A stretch of 64,000 nucleotides of DNA, taken from Camelus ferus (lineage: Eukaryota). The stretch is from positions 107,448,001-107,512,000 of the forward strand of contig NC_045696.1 of assembly GCF_009834535.1 (NCBI RefSeq). The letters are read 5' to 3'. Both the position numbers and the translations under genes were made by a program. This document shows, one piece after another, positions 27,085 through 37,852 of the stretch. Position 1 is the stretch's first letter, and the number at the start of each line of letters is the position of its first letter. The notes beneath the pieces were generated by a model. It did no database searches. It was not told where the DNA came from and saw only the letters and a list, made by a program, of their open reading frames with translations.

Positions 27085-29390
27085 TTCAATCATATATCAT
27101 TCAGGAATTGCAAATTAAGAGAACAAGGAGATACTATATGCCTTTTAGTATGGCTGAAATCTAAAAACCTGAGAATACCAATTTCTTGACAAGAATGTGA
27201 AACAACAGGAGTTCTCATTCATTGCTGGTCACAATGCAAAATGCTATTACTACTTTGGAAGACAGTTTGGCAGTTTCATACAAAGCTGAACATAGTTTTA
27301 CCATATGATCCACTAATCGTCTTCCTAGGTGTTTACACAACTGATTTGGAAGTTTTGCCAACACATAACCTTGCATGTGAATGCCTGTAGCAGCTTTATT
27401 CCCAGTTGCCAAAAATGGTGGCCAGTATGTCCATCATTAGGTAATTGGATGACAGAATGTGGTGCATCCATACAGTGGAATATTGTTTGGAGATAAACAG
27501 AAATGAGCTATTATTCAACCAATAAAAGACATGGATCAATCTTAAATGCATTTTGTTAAGTGAAAGATACCAGTATGAAAAAACTATATGCTGTCTAATT
27601 CCAATTATATGACTATATGTAAAAGACAGTCCTATAGTGGTGATTAAAAAAAGGTAGGTGTTTGCCAAGGGGAAGTGGGAATATTGAATGGGTGTGAAGC
27701 ATGGGAATTTTTTTTTTTAAGGTGATGAAACTTTATGATACTATAATTGTGCATACATGACAGTATGCATTTGTTAAAACCCATTGAACTTTTCAGAAAA
27801 AGAATGAGTTCTATTAATACAGATTTTAAAAAAATCATTTAGAAGGTTGAGGAAATACCAGGATGGAATGTAAAGTATAATTAAGTAATCTAACTCTATT
27901 GCACTGAAGGGGGTGGGGGGAAAGTTACTCACTTAAGTGTCTTTGGAAACGAGTCTGTAAGACTAAAATAAAGTCAAAGAAACTGTACATAGTGTATATA
28001 AGAACTATAATGTAGTTCATAATGTTGTTCCTCATGGGGTATGGCTTAAACTACTACTATACAGGTACACTGATGAGAGCCAGATTTCTCTCTGTTGGAG
28101 TGGGAGTTTATAGATAAGTAAGGGGAATAGCCACTCTAATACATGTGGTAGTGTATTAGAGTTGGAGACACCAGTTTCAATTTATGTTTGGCTTAATATA
28201 GATAGCAGATCATTGCATAATGAAATATTTATAGTTCTGTGTATAAGTATGGAATATATATTTCTTTGTTTTGTCTGCTTAAGGACCTAGAAACAAGGGC
28301 AATCCATATCAAAGAGCAACACCGAGTGCCCAAAACTTCATCTCTAGTAAAATTCCCTAATAAAAGGAACCAGGGCTCTTTGGAGTATTACCTAGTTTTA
28401 AAACTGGAAAAGAGAACATACAATATGAGCTGAAGAATGTTGTGCTGCCGGAAAGTAACCAAGTGCTAAAAAAATAAAATAAAAACAGAAACAAAAAACA
28501 CAATGGTCAGAATATGTCAAATGGACACAGGAGCCAACTGAAAGACTTCCCAATTGCTAAAGCAGAAACAAGTTGAAAACAAAATTAAATAGTGTTGAAT
28601 TATAATTCAAAGTATAAAATAAATGTCAAGTGAGTTCACATTAGTATAAGTGATTGAATGAATGAGTGAAAAGAGGCAAATCTCCCATACTGAAGAATTT
28701 CAAATGGTATCTACAACTACTTACTTCCATGGAGGTGGAGCATAACTCTCCACCCCTTAAATGTGGAATGCACATAGTGACTTTCTTCCAAAGAGTACAG
28801 TATGGAAGGAGGATGAAAAGAAGCTTTACAGTGGAGAAACCTGACATATACCATCTCAGCCAGCTAATTAATAGGCCAACATTAAGAGAGATAAATCATG
28901 TTGTTAGTATATATCCTTGATATGAGATGGTAGAAATGACACTTTCTCTCTCACATCCTCCTTCCCCAACCTGTAATCCCAGTCTAGTCATGAGTAAAAC
29001 ATCAGACAAACCCCATTTGAAGAACATTGTACAGAATACCTGAAATTCCTGTACAATACAAAATACCTATACAAAATTCCTCAAAATTGTCAGGGTCACC
29101 CAAAACCAGGAAATTATAAAAAACAGTTGCAGCCAAGAGCTGCTTAGGTTGGCATGATGTAAATATAGTGTAGTATCCTGGATGGGCTCCTAGAACAGAA
29201 AAGGTCATTAGACAAAAACTAAGAAAATGTGAATTAAATAATAGACTTTTGTTAATGTATCGGTATTGGTTCATTAATTATAAGAAACGTACCTTACAAA
29301 TGGTAAGGTGTTAATTACAGGGGTCATTAGATGTGATATATGTGGAAATTCCTTGTACTATCTTAATTTTTTTTGTAAGTCTAACTGTTC
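27085..29390 (+). mobile_element. Old L1MC-type 3' end with long 3'UTR
   Basis: tcattcaggaattgcaaattaa...ctcattcattgctggtcacaatgcaaaatg...; 3'UTR motifs gtggagaaacctgaca and aaaacatcagacaaaccc. Confidence 0.75.
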
Positions 29391-30612
29391 TAAAAATAGC
29401 TTATTTCAAAGTAAGCAGTAAATTCGTTATATATTAACCCACATACAAAAATGGTTGTGAGGCTGTTAACTATTAAGAGAAATGAAAGAGTACTATGAGT
29501 AATACAAGAATAGAGAATGAAGGGAGCAGGTCCTGTGAGCAAGGAGGGAAGCCCCTCCATCCTATGCTTTGTAGTATTCCTCCCGTGCCCTCTAGTTATA
29601 AAGCCTACCACTGCAGCAGATGACAAAAAAGAAATGTATACAAGTCCAGCTCCAGCATCACAAAGTGGGGCACATAAGGGTATATTTGGAGATGAGGAAG
29701 AATAAATTGATAACTGGAACAGGCTACTATGAGAGTCAAGTAAACCACTCAAGAGAAACTATAAAGATTGAGAAGATGCTCAGGAGAGACTTAAGTTTAC
29801 ACTAACAGTTAAGAAATATAGGGAGGGAAAAAATACCTGAAAAGCAAGGAAGAAATAATAACATGGCCTGTTGAGAGAGTTTCAAAAAAAAGTTAGTTAA
29901 CATTTAGCAGCATTAATTTTATTGGTGCTTTTGGTGAAGCTGCAATCCTGATAAGTTTATATATGAATTAAATTTATGGGATTATTAACAGTGACTGCAA
30001 GCAATTCTATCATGACTGTTCAGTTGAGAGTTAGATAAGGTGATAGCTAGTGTTGTCTTTTTAAAAAAAATTGGGTGCATGGAATGGATTGTTAATTGAA
30101 GATTGTAAACTCTATCAAGGCAGGACTGTTTGTTTTGCTTATTGCCATATTTCTAGTACCTAGATTGGTTCTGAACATATTCAATATATATGTTTGTTAC
30201 ATGACTGGATAAGAAATATTTGAGCACTCAAGTAAAGGGAGAAGTTGAATATATAGGATTTCCAATTAATGTTTTATAGAACATGGTTTCCTAGGAATTG
30301 AGGAAGATCCGAAAAAGGAAATGTCAAGAAGGAGGTATGTTTGGTGGCATGGTTAAAATGTTCACCATTGATGCTCTTGTACAAAGTACTTAACCTTTTT
30401 TTAAACCCTATTTTCATGCCTTATATAAATTAACTTGTACTTTGCTGTACTTTGTTTTTATCTCTGAAAATGTAAGGCTTCCTTTGGGATTATGTCTCTT
30501 ATCTGTAACGGTGCTACCTACCTTTCATAGGATCAAACATAATTTGAGATCATTCTGCATAAAACAAAGTATGCCTGTGTTTAACTTAATTTTTGCTCAT
30601 CTTTTTATTCAG

Positions 30613-30777
30613 TCTACAAATAAGAAACCTCGAAAATCTCCAGGAGAGAAGAGTAGAATTGAAGCTGGAGTTAGAGGAACAGGCCGTGGAAGAGCTAATG
30701 GGCACCCTCAACAGAATGGTGAAGGGGAGCCTGTAACACTATTTGAAGTGGTGAAACTGGGGAAGAGTGCAATGCAG
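30613..30777 (+). CDS. STAG1: STAG1 exon 4 (165 nt): [55 protein letters not shown]
   Basis: ctttttattcAG acceptor, CAG|GTAAAT donor at 30778; phase 0 at both ends; visible inside ORF 30442..30843. Confidence 0.98.
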
Positions 30778-31439
30778 GTAAATTTTGAGTGTTTTTATTT
30801 TGCTTATAAAGCAATAGTGTCAATAGCATGTGGATACTGTTAGTGTGTATATTGATATTTTATGTATTCCTGTTCATTATATAATCAAGAAGTGTATCAA
30901 CTTAAAGGTTTCTCTTTGCTTGTTTTATAAAAAATGTCAGGAAAGGCATTTTGTTTAATAGTAAGATTAAGATTACAAATTTAAAATTACATTGTGCTGA
31001 GTAAAATGACTTGCATATAATAGGAGCTGCCCTAGAGAATTTTTATTGCCTTAATAATATATAATTTTTAGAATTTGACTTAATATGATCTTTTATAACC
31101 TTCTGACTCTCTTCTCTCTCCTCATTCACTCAACAAATATCATTAAGTATTCTACAAGACCGTATCTTTATTGGCTTCTTACTAATTCACTATAAGGATA
31201 AACCATAATTATTTTACTATTCCTTTAGTGCATCTTTTTATTTTTTTCACTATTATAAAATGTATTCATTATTTGTATTTATATCCCTACTTTTTTTTTC
31301 CCCATTTAAAAATACTAGAGGTAAAATTATTTGGTTAAAAAGTATTTCTTAACTGTATAGTACGTAAGTACCATTTTACTCTCCAAAAAGTTGTAGTAGT
31401 TTATCTTTTACCAGAAGTGTAGCTAGCAATTGGATATTT

Positions 31440-31587
31440 AATTTAATTATTTAATTTTTATTTCATTTTATTTTTGGAGGGTGTAGTTAGATTTACTTAT
31501 TTTTAGAGGAAGTATTGGGGATTGAACCCAGGACCTTGTGTATGCTAAGCATGCACTCTACCACTTGAGCTACACCCTCCCCCACCC
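31440..31587 (-). mobile_element. tRNA(Ala)-derived SINE (camelid Vic-1-like), second copy
   Basis: Reverse complement reads gggtgtagctcaagtggtagagtgcatgcttagcatacacaaggtcctgggttcaatccccaatac; TSD tggatattt 31431-31439 / 31588-31596. Confidence 0.88.
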
Positions 31588-32257
31588 TGGATATTTTATA
31601 TTTAATAATTATTTGACAACATAGGTGAAAATAGTAACTCATTATTGTAATCTGCATTTTTGATTAGTAATAATCGATAATATGTTAAATCTTTATTTAT
31701 TGTTTATATGTTCATTTTTAATACTTTTATTTTCAATTTAAGTTTAAAATTTAGGTTATTTATTGAAACATTTGGTTTTAGAAGTAAAAACAGGCAACTT
31801 TTCATTAGTGGTATACTTTCTAGTTTTTACATTTATTTCCTTTTGATTTCCTTAAGGGAGTTTAGTGTTTACTGCATTTTATGTATGCTACCATGTTGAT
31901 GTGTCCAGGGATCTTGGAATTTGTTTGGGAAGGGAGGGAGATAGAGTAGTGGAATGATGCTAAATGGTAGAAGAAATACTGAATCCCAGTTAGCCAAAGC
32001 AAGAGACAACCTTAAGATACATTAGTATAATTTAAGACTGTGTTAAGTGACGTTTAGCCATTAAGCTTGACAGTTTCTTTATTACACTGGTAATAGAAAA
32101 ATTGTTAGCAAGCTACAGAAATACTGATTTTTGAGATCTGTTTATTGCTTTCCACCTTTAGGTGGAAACACAAGCAGAACAATGAAGGAGTAAATTTTAA
32201 AATTACATTCCAATATTTTGCTTCTATTTTTTCGTGTAAAACTAGTTTTCTGCCTTT

Positions 32258-32303
32258 TATTTAATATGAACAAAATCTTCAGTATTTAATATGAACAAAA
32301 TCT
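32258..32303. repeat. Tandem duplication of tatttaatatgaacaaaatct (21-bp identical core, 25-bp period)
   Basis: Copies at 32258-32278 and 32283-32303. Confidence 0.9.
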
Positions 32304-32412
32304 AGTCATCTGTGTTTGATACAAGCTAGTGACTATGTACGTTTTTTCTTTTTCACCCACTACATTCCATATCATTCATCAACATTATTCTTCCCTGTCG
32401 CTGTTTTCATTC

Positions 32413-32506
32413 TATTACTCTCAACTTAAATTCTTTTGGATCCACATTTTATGAAAGGTATTACTCTCCGCTTAAGTTCTTTTGGATCCACGTTTTATGA
32501 AAGGTA
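32413..32506. repeat. 46-bp tandem duplication
   Basis: tattactctcaacttaaattcttttggatccacattttatgaaagg (32413-32458) versus tattactctccgcttaagttcttttggatccacgttttatgaaagg (32459-32504); 4 mismatches. Confidence 0.92.
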
Positions 32507-33759
32507 AAGATTAGTAGGGTAAAGGTTATCACCCAAAAACCTTAAAGATCACATCACAGTATTTTTAACTAGAAAATGTAGATGTATTCCCAGGAACAAG
32601 CAGTAGAGTACTGACTACTCTTCAATACTCACTATAAAATTAAAAAAAAAAAAAATGAAAACACAAACAATTGAAAAGGACAAAAAACAAAATTATCCAC
32701 ATTTGCAGAATATACAATTATCTATGTAGGAATTTTAGGATAAATTAGACTATTAGAACTAATAAATGTTTAGCAAAACTCCTAGAGAAAAAAAGTAGCA
32801 TTAATCAGCATTCTGTAAAGCAGTAATGGCCAATTAGAACATGTAATAGGAAACAAGAGCCTATTTTAGAAAATACTAAGGAAAAATGGATAAAATTTTG
32901 AGTGGAATAGAATAAAATTCTGTTTCATACTCTTCATATTGAGCAACATAAAAATTACTAGAAGATAGTAAGAGTCAGTTAGGATGTGGAATAGCAACTA
33001 TTGGAAGTATAATCCTGCATAACTCCTTTGGAGAAAAACTATTTGACAATATCAAGAAAAGTTGAATAACCTATCCATATTTCATTCATTTAGTAAATAT
33101 TTTAAGGGAGCCTATACTGTGGAAGCCACCTTTTTTTAACAGAGATACTTTGAAGAAAGGCAGTTCAATTCCTAGATGTAACCTCTAGAGAAATTTTTGT
33201 GTATTTTTTATAAAGGAGGCACATACAGGAATTTTTATTGCTATTTTGTTTATAATAGCAAAAAGAAAAAAGGAAGTTAAAAATGTCTGTGAATAGGACA
33301 ATTGATAAAATGTGATATGTTCAAACACTTACATTTTTTCTATAGCAGTTAAATGAGTGCACTAGAGTTCTAGGTACCATTATGAATAAATTTTAGAAGT
33401 GCATTTTAAGGCACAAAGCAAGCTACAGAATGATACATAATTTATTGTACTACTTATCTACTATATATTGTACTTGTTTACTTGTTTATATGTTTACTTT
33501 ATTATTTGAAATAAAAATGGATAGGTGTTTCTGAAATGCTTCTCAAAAGGAAGGCTTATGCTGTCCATATATGTGAAGTTTGGACTATATATCCCTTCCG
33601 CTTTGGAGAGGGATGAAATGTGAACAGTTTGATATGATTTGTATTGAAGAACCTGGTTTCTTTTGTTTACCCAGCATTCCAGAAACCCTTGATTTCTACG
33701 ACTATTAATGACCGTTGTGTCTTTTAGTCTTTTTTCCTTATCAGAAAGAGTAAGTTGTA

Positions 33760-34540
33760 CTATCTTAATAGATACTTGTTATGCACTTCCTGTCATCAGG
33801 GGCTAGATTGTTCCTGAATGTACAGAAATAAAATCACAGTTCTGTCCTCATGGAGTCTAGTGTCATGGGAAAACAGGTGTTATGGAATACTTTAATAGGA
33901 GAGATATACAGAGTGGGTTGAAAACACTGAAAATTCACTTAGGCCTTTGTAGAGGCCAGGATCATGGAAGGCTTGCCTGAACAGCTAAAACTTGACCTGA
34001 GACTTGACGGAGGAGTAGGAGTTAGCTAGGCAGTAGCAGAATGTACTTGTTATAATAGAAATAGGACATGCAAAAATGAAATTTCTACCCCTACTACAGA
34101 GGATGTAAGATGTCCTAAGAAAAATGGAGCTAAGAGAGGCTAGATTCTGAGCATTGTGAAATTGATGGCATTTTAGAAAGAAAATGACTTGATCATATTA
34201 GCATTTTTAGAAATAACCTTTTTGGAAGCAGTTTAGGTGATGATTTGGGTGTGTAAGGCAGGAATCAGACTTAGGAAGCTTTTTTTTTTTTTTTAAATAA
34301 CTGATCCAATTGGGAAGTAATGAAAGTTTGAATTTATATTGTCGGTGAGGGTGAAGAGGAAGTGAAAGATTATATAAATATTAAGGCTATAGAATGCTTC
34401 TGAACGATGAGAAAGAGGAGAGAATCTAAAGTATTCCCTAGTTGTTTACCTTGGTGATAGTCATAGAAAAGGAATTTGTAAGAGTATAGGTGTTAGAGGA
34501 TGAGTATGGGAATAGTTTAGTTTGGACATTGTGATTTTTG
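33760..34540. mobile_element. Ancient L2 fragment
   Basis: tctgtcctcatggagtctagt, ggaaggcttgcctga...gacctgagacttgacggaggagtaggagttagctaggc, gtttagtttggacat are L2-like motifs. Confidence 0.6.
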
Positions 34541-36070
34541 GATGCATGACCCTGAATACATGTTGAATTTTGAAACATTCAAACTGTTAAATCTAACTGA
34601 TATTTGTTGCTTTAGTAATTATGAGTTAGTAAGCATTTAAAATGAATTTCTGTGATTTATTGACATTTGCATTTTGTATCCCCAGATGTCATCTAAAAAA
34701 GTTGGACTACAGTTGATTCATTCAACAAAAATTCATTGAGAATTCTTGTTTCAGGCTTGGGTTAGGCACAAGGGATACAATATGAACTGAACTTGCCTGA
34801 CCCTTCCCTTTGTAGGCGCTTTAATTGTAGAAGGGAAAGGAAATCCTCTATACTCATCAAACGATCTATTAATAAACCATGACAAACTATTGATTAATGC
34901 TAAGAAAACTGTTTGGCCTTAATGTACAGGTAATAATAACTTATGTGAGTAGGGAATTAGAGTCAGTCTATGAATGAAGTATACCTAATGACACAGTTTG
35001 GTCTTCTCTGCTTATGACAGGTGACTATGAAAGGAAAATTTATTTTGTCCATGTAAGTTGTGATTGGGAAAGATAAAGATATCTTAGGGGATAGTCTGTG
35101 ATTAGTCATTCTCTCTTTTAGTGAGGAAGCTTTGTTCTGATGTTAAAAAGTATGAAATTTCACAGGACTTTGATTTCTTCTAGTTCTTAACTTACAAATG
35201 TGTTTGATGCCAAGATTCAGGGTATCAAATGCAGAGGAGTTCTCCCACAAGATTTAGGTAGGCGAGTTTTACTCTATGACAACGCCAAGGAAGATGAAGA
35301 AGCATCTGTGAGTTTATTAAAATCTCACCTCTTGTGTTTGAACTCACAGTTATATAGTGATTATATGGGAATTGTATGCTTTTCTGAGCCACTACTAAAA
35401 TGGATGGAAGTATGTATAATAATTTTTAAATTTCTGAATAGTCACTGAAAAGCTTAAGTTTCAAGAAGTATTAAAATGGATGAAGAATGTCTTAAGAAGT
35501 GTGAGTAATTATAAAAGAAATGGCAATGAGACGTTAGAGAGGAGAACAAATACACTGTTGACTGAAACGAACCTTTATAACAGAGATGGCTAGGAAATAT
35601 TGAAGGAAAAAATACTACAATGAAGATGAAGAGTAAAACCTTACAGAACTAAACAAATGTATAACTACTTGAATGGAAGCAATATTTGAGTGTAATATAA
35701 GAAATACGTGCCAACCACTACAGTGCAGGATATTAGGTACAGGATTTAAAATCATGAAAAAAAATATTTAAACATTTGTTCTGACTTTTAACCACATTAT
35801 AATGCAAATTTAAATGTAACATAAAAACATTTAGATTAAGTTGAGCTGAAAGTGTAGTGGAAAACTGCAAATAACAGTTGTTGAAACAAGATAGTTTCTC
35901 TCATATGTTAAGATTTTGGATAGCTGGTCTCTTCCATGGCATCAAGTAGATGTCAGATAATTGAAATTGTTAATATTTTAATAATCATTACAGCACACAT
36001 AATCATAACTTCAGCAGCTATACATTTTGATGTTTTTCAAAAATGAATTTTACATATTAAAAAGAAAGAA

Positions 36071-37852
36071 GCTGCCAGGGCAGCACAGTTGCAGTCTCTC
36101 CCCTAGGCAGCAGACACTGGATCCTGTTCCAAGCCCTGTGAATATCTTTCTTTCCTATCTATTTCACATTCCTCTATCTTGACCCTTGTGGGAAGTCTGG
36201 GCCTAATGTTCCTTCTAATGGTGATGGCCAGCCACATTACACTTTACATGTCCCATGAGTAAGTTGATGTTTTACAGATGGGGGAGGTGGATGGAACACT
36301 GCTGGTGCCAGGCGCTGGGCTCTTAAGGTGAACTGCTTCATTCTTGACCTCTTAGTTCCTGCAGATAAAGTCGTGCATGAATGGCCACAAGGGTGGCGAA
36401 AGCCTGGTAAAACCTAGCAAGTGTACCTTTGTGGATGTTGATTGCCTGCACAGCCCCAAATGTTACAGAAATGGTGTTTGAAGGCCCAACAGTGCAACCA
36501 GGTGTCATTGTGCTGGTGGGTAAACCTGATGGGCATCCATAATTTGGAAAAAGAAGACCTGAGCCTTCAACACAATGCTGTTGTTGCAAAAGTATCATTG
36601 CCAGGATGCCTGTGCTTTTAAACACAGACTGGGAAGCTGAGCTGAAGTGGCTCTTTTGTGGTCACTGCTGCCTATATTCCAAGTACATGCTGGTACTACA
36701 AGCAGCCCACCAACTATTCAGCAGCAACAGATCATCTCTCAGAAGACCTTGATGAGATGGATATTGCTAGCTCTGCCTATTTTAAGAGGAGGGTAGGGTT
36801 GAATTACTCTTCCAGGGTGTTAGCAATCTCAGACTTTTTGGAAGTCCTCTGCTGGTAATCCCTACGTGGGGATCAACCCATCCCCAGGAAACTTTGACAG
36901 CTAGCTTCAGTATTGTCATTTTGGTGGTCCTGGTGGCTGTTTTTGTTGGCATTGCAACCCTGGTGATTATCTTCAGGAGGAAGTTGGGGAAGTACAAGAA
37001 GGTAGTACTCAAGGACTAGGGGAATTGAATATACAACTGAGCATAGCTCTATAGTGAGGAGGATAAGAGGACAGTGTTCAGGACCGCTTCAGGGTGAAAT
37101 TTAATTCTTGACCCGAGGCAGATATTTCCTCATCACCATCCTCTCCTTTTCCTCCTCCCTTTATCCTAATAATTCTTGTCTCAGGGCTACCTCATTTTCT
37201 GGCTTTATGTCCCAACTTCTCTTGAAGAGCTATTTCTAATATTCCTTCTTCCTCTTGGTCCAGGGACAGGAAATTTCATTCTGTAAAGTAAAGGCAAACA
37301 CAAGAATGTTATCTTTGATTATGTTTAAAATAAAAGGTTAGTATAACATCCCAGGATCATGTAAAAGTGATGGAATACCGTTTGATAGCTTAAATGAGTT
37401 TTAAGTGAGGAATAGCTCTAGGTGTTAAAAAGGAAAGAAAAGCATCTTCATCCGAATTATCTACTAGTTTATTGTGGACTTACACTTAGTGAGAAGAAAA
37501 TTTGGCTTTATTCGGGTTTGCATAACAGTCATATCACTCTCTGTTACATCACCAACACATACGCTTCTTACTTAAAAGGGAATCTTACTTTAGTTGCCTA
37601 AATACATTTTAATTTTTTTGAGAAGAGACTTTGTCCAGAAACTGTTGGGGCTTACTCTTCAGCTTACCCCAATTATAGCTGATATTAGTAATATTTTATT
37701 ATGTAAAAATGTTTGTGTATACTTTGTCATTGGTAATTTTTGTGACTTTCTTAATATAGCAAATTAAATGAAATTTAATAAAACTTGAAGAAGACATAAA
37801 AGCAAAGAGCGTTTGAACTTGTGTCAGAATTATGCCCCCCCCCAAAAAAAAG
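36071..37852 (+). pseudogene. Decayed processed pseudogene (retrocopy) of TACSTD2/TROP2 (EpCAM family) with 5'UTR-like, CDS-like and 3'UTR-like parts
   Basis: Hand translation gives collinear TROP2-like blocks: TCPMSKL (36246; cf. TCPTNKM); CWCQALGS (36300; CQCRALGS); LVKPSKCTFVDVDCLHSPKC (LVRPSEHALVDNDGLYDPDC); KAQQCNQVSLCWWVNLMGIHNLEKEDLSL (36481; thyroglobulin type-1 [29 protein letters not shown]); AELKWLF (AELRRLF); YYKQPT (HYEQPT); DEMDIASSAYFKR (GDVDIGDAAYYFER); LTASFSIVILVVLVAVFVGIATLVIIFRRKLGKYKKVVLK (36894-37013; TM and tail). It carries stops (36324, 36353) and frameshifts. AATAAA at 37777-37782 and an A-run at ~37844-37851. Confidence 0.9.

Noticed and set aside
30442..30843. 133-aa ORF as a stand-alone gene
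   Set aside because: Only 30613-30777 is the STAG1 exon, bounded by splice sites; the flanks are chance intronic read-through.
31500..31580. Possible tRNA-Ala gene (also 14695-14765)
   Set aside because: The A-rich tail, TSDs and imperfect stems indicate SINE copies.
36338..37012. ORFs 36338..36625(-), 36658..36858(+) and 36782..37012(-) as functional small genes
   Set aside because: They are antisense or partial frames of the decayed TACSTD2 copy; the TROP2-homologous frame is broken by stops and frameshifts.
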